This document shows, piece by piece, positions 63,183 through 64,000 of a stretch of DNA of 64,000 bases; position 1 is the stretch's first letter; every line of letters begins with the position of its first letter. Origin of the DNA: Hypanus sabinus (lineage: Eukaryota); the NCBI RefSeq assembly GCF_030144855.1, contig NC_082720.1, forward strand, positions 71,734,001 to 71,798,000, written 5' to 3'. The translations under genes and the position numbers were made by a program. The notes under the pieces were generated by a model. That model was not told the DNA's origin, ran no database searches, and worked only from the letters and a program-made list of their open reading frames with translations.

Positions 63183-64000
63183 GCTGAATTTCCACTTTAA
63201 GATCAGGGCTTCTGACCTTTTCATATTTACATTTCAGGTTTCTATTTTAATACTTAACAAAGATAGGATTTGGCTCCTTGTGCTTATTCCACCACACAAA
63301 GGGAGCATGACTGATCTTTAATCTTATCTACACTATATACGTTCCTTGATTCCTTTGTTATCTAAACATATGTGGATATCGTTTTTAAATACACTCAGCA
63401 GTTTGAGCACCTTGGGATAGATTATTGTTGTTATTTAAACTTGTCACACTTTAAATGCATTGCTAATGCTGTATATCTCAATGGAGGGTATAATTGTAGA
63501 GTAGCAGTTGGCAAGGTTGTTTTGATAGGCATGGTACAACTTTAGTTCATACTGTTCAAACTGAACTTTACTACAGCTGAGAGTGACCGGGGGGGTGGGG
63601 GTGGGGGAATAGCTCCAAATTTTATCCTTTTTTCATTCCTGAGCTACCATATCCAAAAGAAACTGAAAGTTAACACTTTCTGGTAAAATACCTTGGTGGT
63701 ATTTACTTAAAGCTTAAAGGTTTGTTTGGGCTTATTTCAGACGACCCCAGAACATTTTTTGAAATTAAGGTGGTTGCTAGTGGGCTTTGTCGCAAGTCCA
63801 TAGTGGTAACCTTGTGCTTTCAGTAGTCTTTTAATTGTGCTGAACAATGTATTGAGATGTTTGTGTCTACAGTGCAGCCTTCCCATTTATTTTCCATCAT
63901 AAACTTTTATATCTAGATTTACAGTGGAAATTGCTGATTTAATTACCCTGTTACAGCACCACCCCAACTATGGGCAGAAGGAAGGTGTTTTTTAGTTGCA

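Noticed and set aside
1-64000. CRISPR arrays, tRNA/rRNA genes, operons or prokaryotic systems
   Set aside because: None seen. The DNA is intron-rich eukaryotic sequence, and the only tRNA-related sequence is the retroelement PBS.
60127-64000. Next HMGXB3 exon (expected GLFNVGNKLLVSLDL-like)
   Set aside because: I found no matching phase-1 exon; it presumably lies beyond 64000.

Overview
This is vertebrate genomic DNA, not prokaryotic. The repeat content (CR1/HER1-like LINEs, V-SINE, Penelope, Rex-Babar, fish-type L1) points to a cartilaginous fish; that assignment is inference. One host gene spans the window on the + strand: HMGXB3. It has a CpG-island promoter at about 8.1-8.8 kb and 14 coding exons from ATG 20272 to 60126. 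These splice phase-consistently into about 885 open codons, and the 3' part of the gene lies beyond the window. Most of the remaining recognisable sequence is transposon-derived, often with readable target-site duplications (TSDs). The most notable structures are: a 5'-intact but 3'-truncated, tail-less L1 flanked by a 12-bp TSD inside a Tx1>Rex>L1 nest; a hAT element carrying two independently inserted solo LTRs; Penelope elements with 14-bp TSDs, fold-back hairpins and minimal hammerhead-ribozyme motifs, one split by a CR1 insertion in its core; a SCAN-bearing Gypsy with a tRNA-Pro primer site; and a probable GC-AG intron. I do not see a wholly new biological system. The best candidates are unusual TE architectures.
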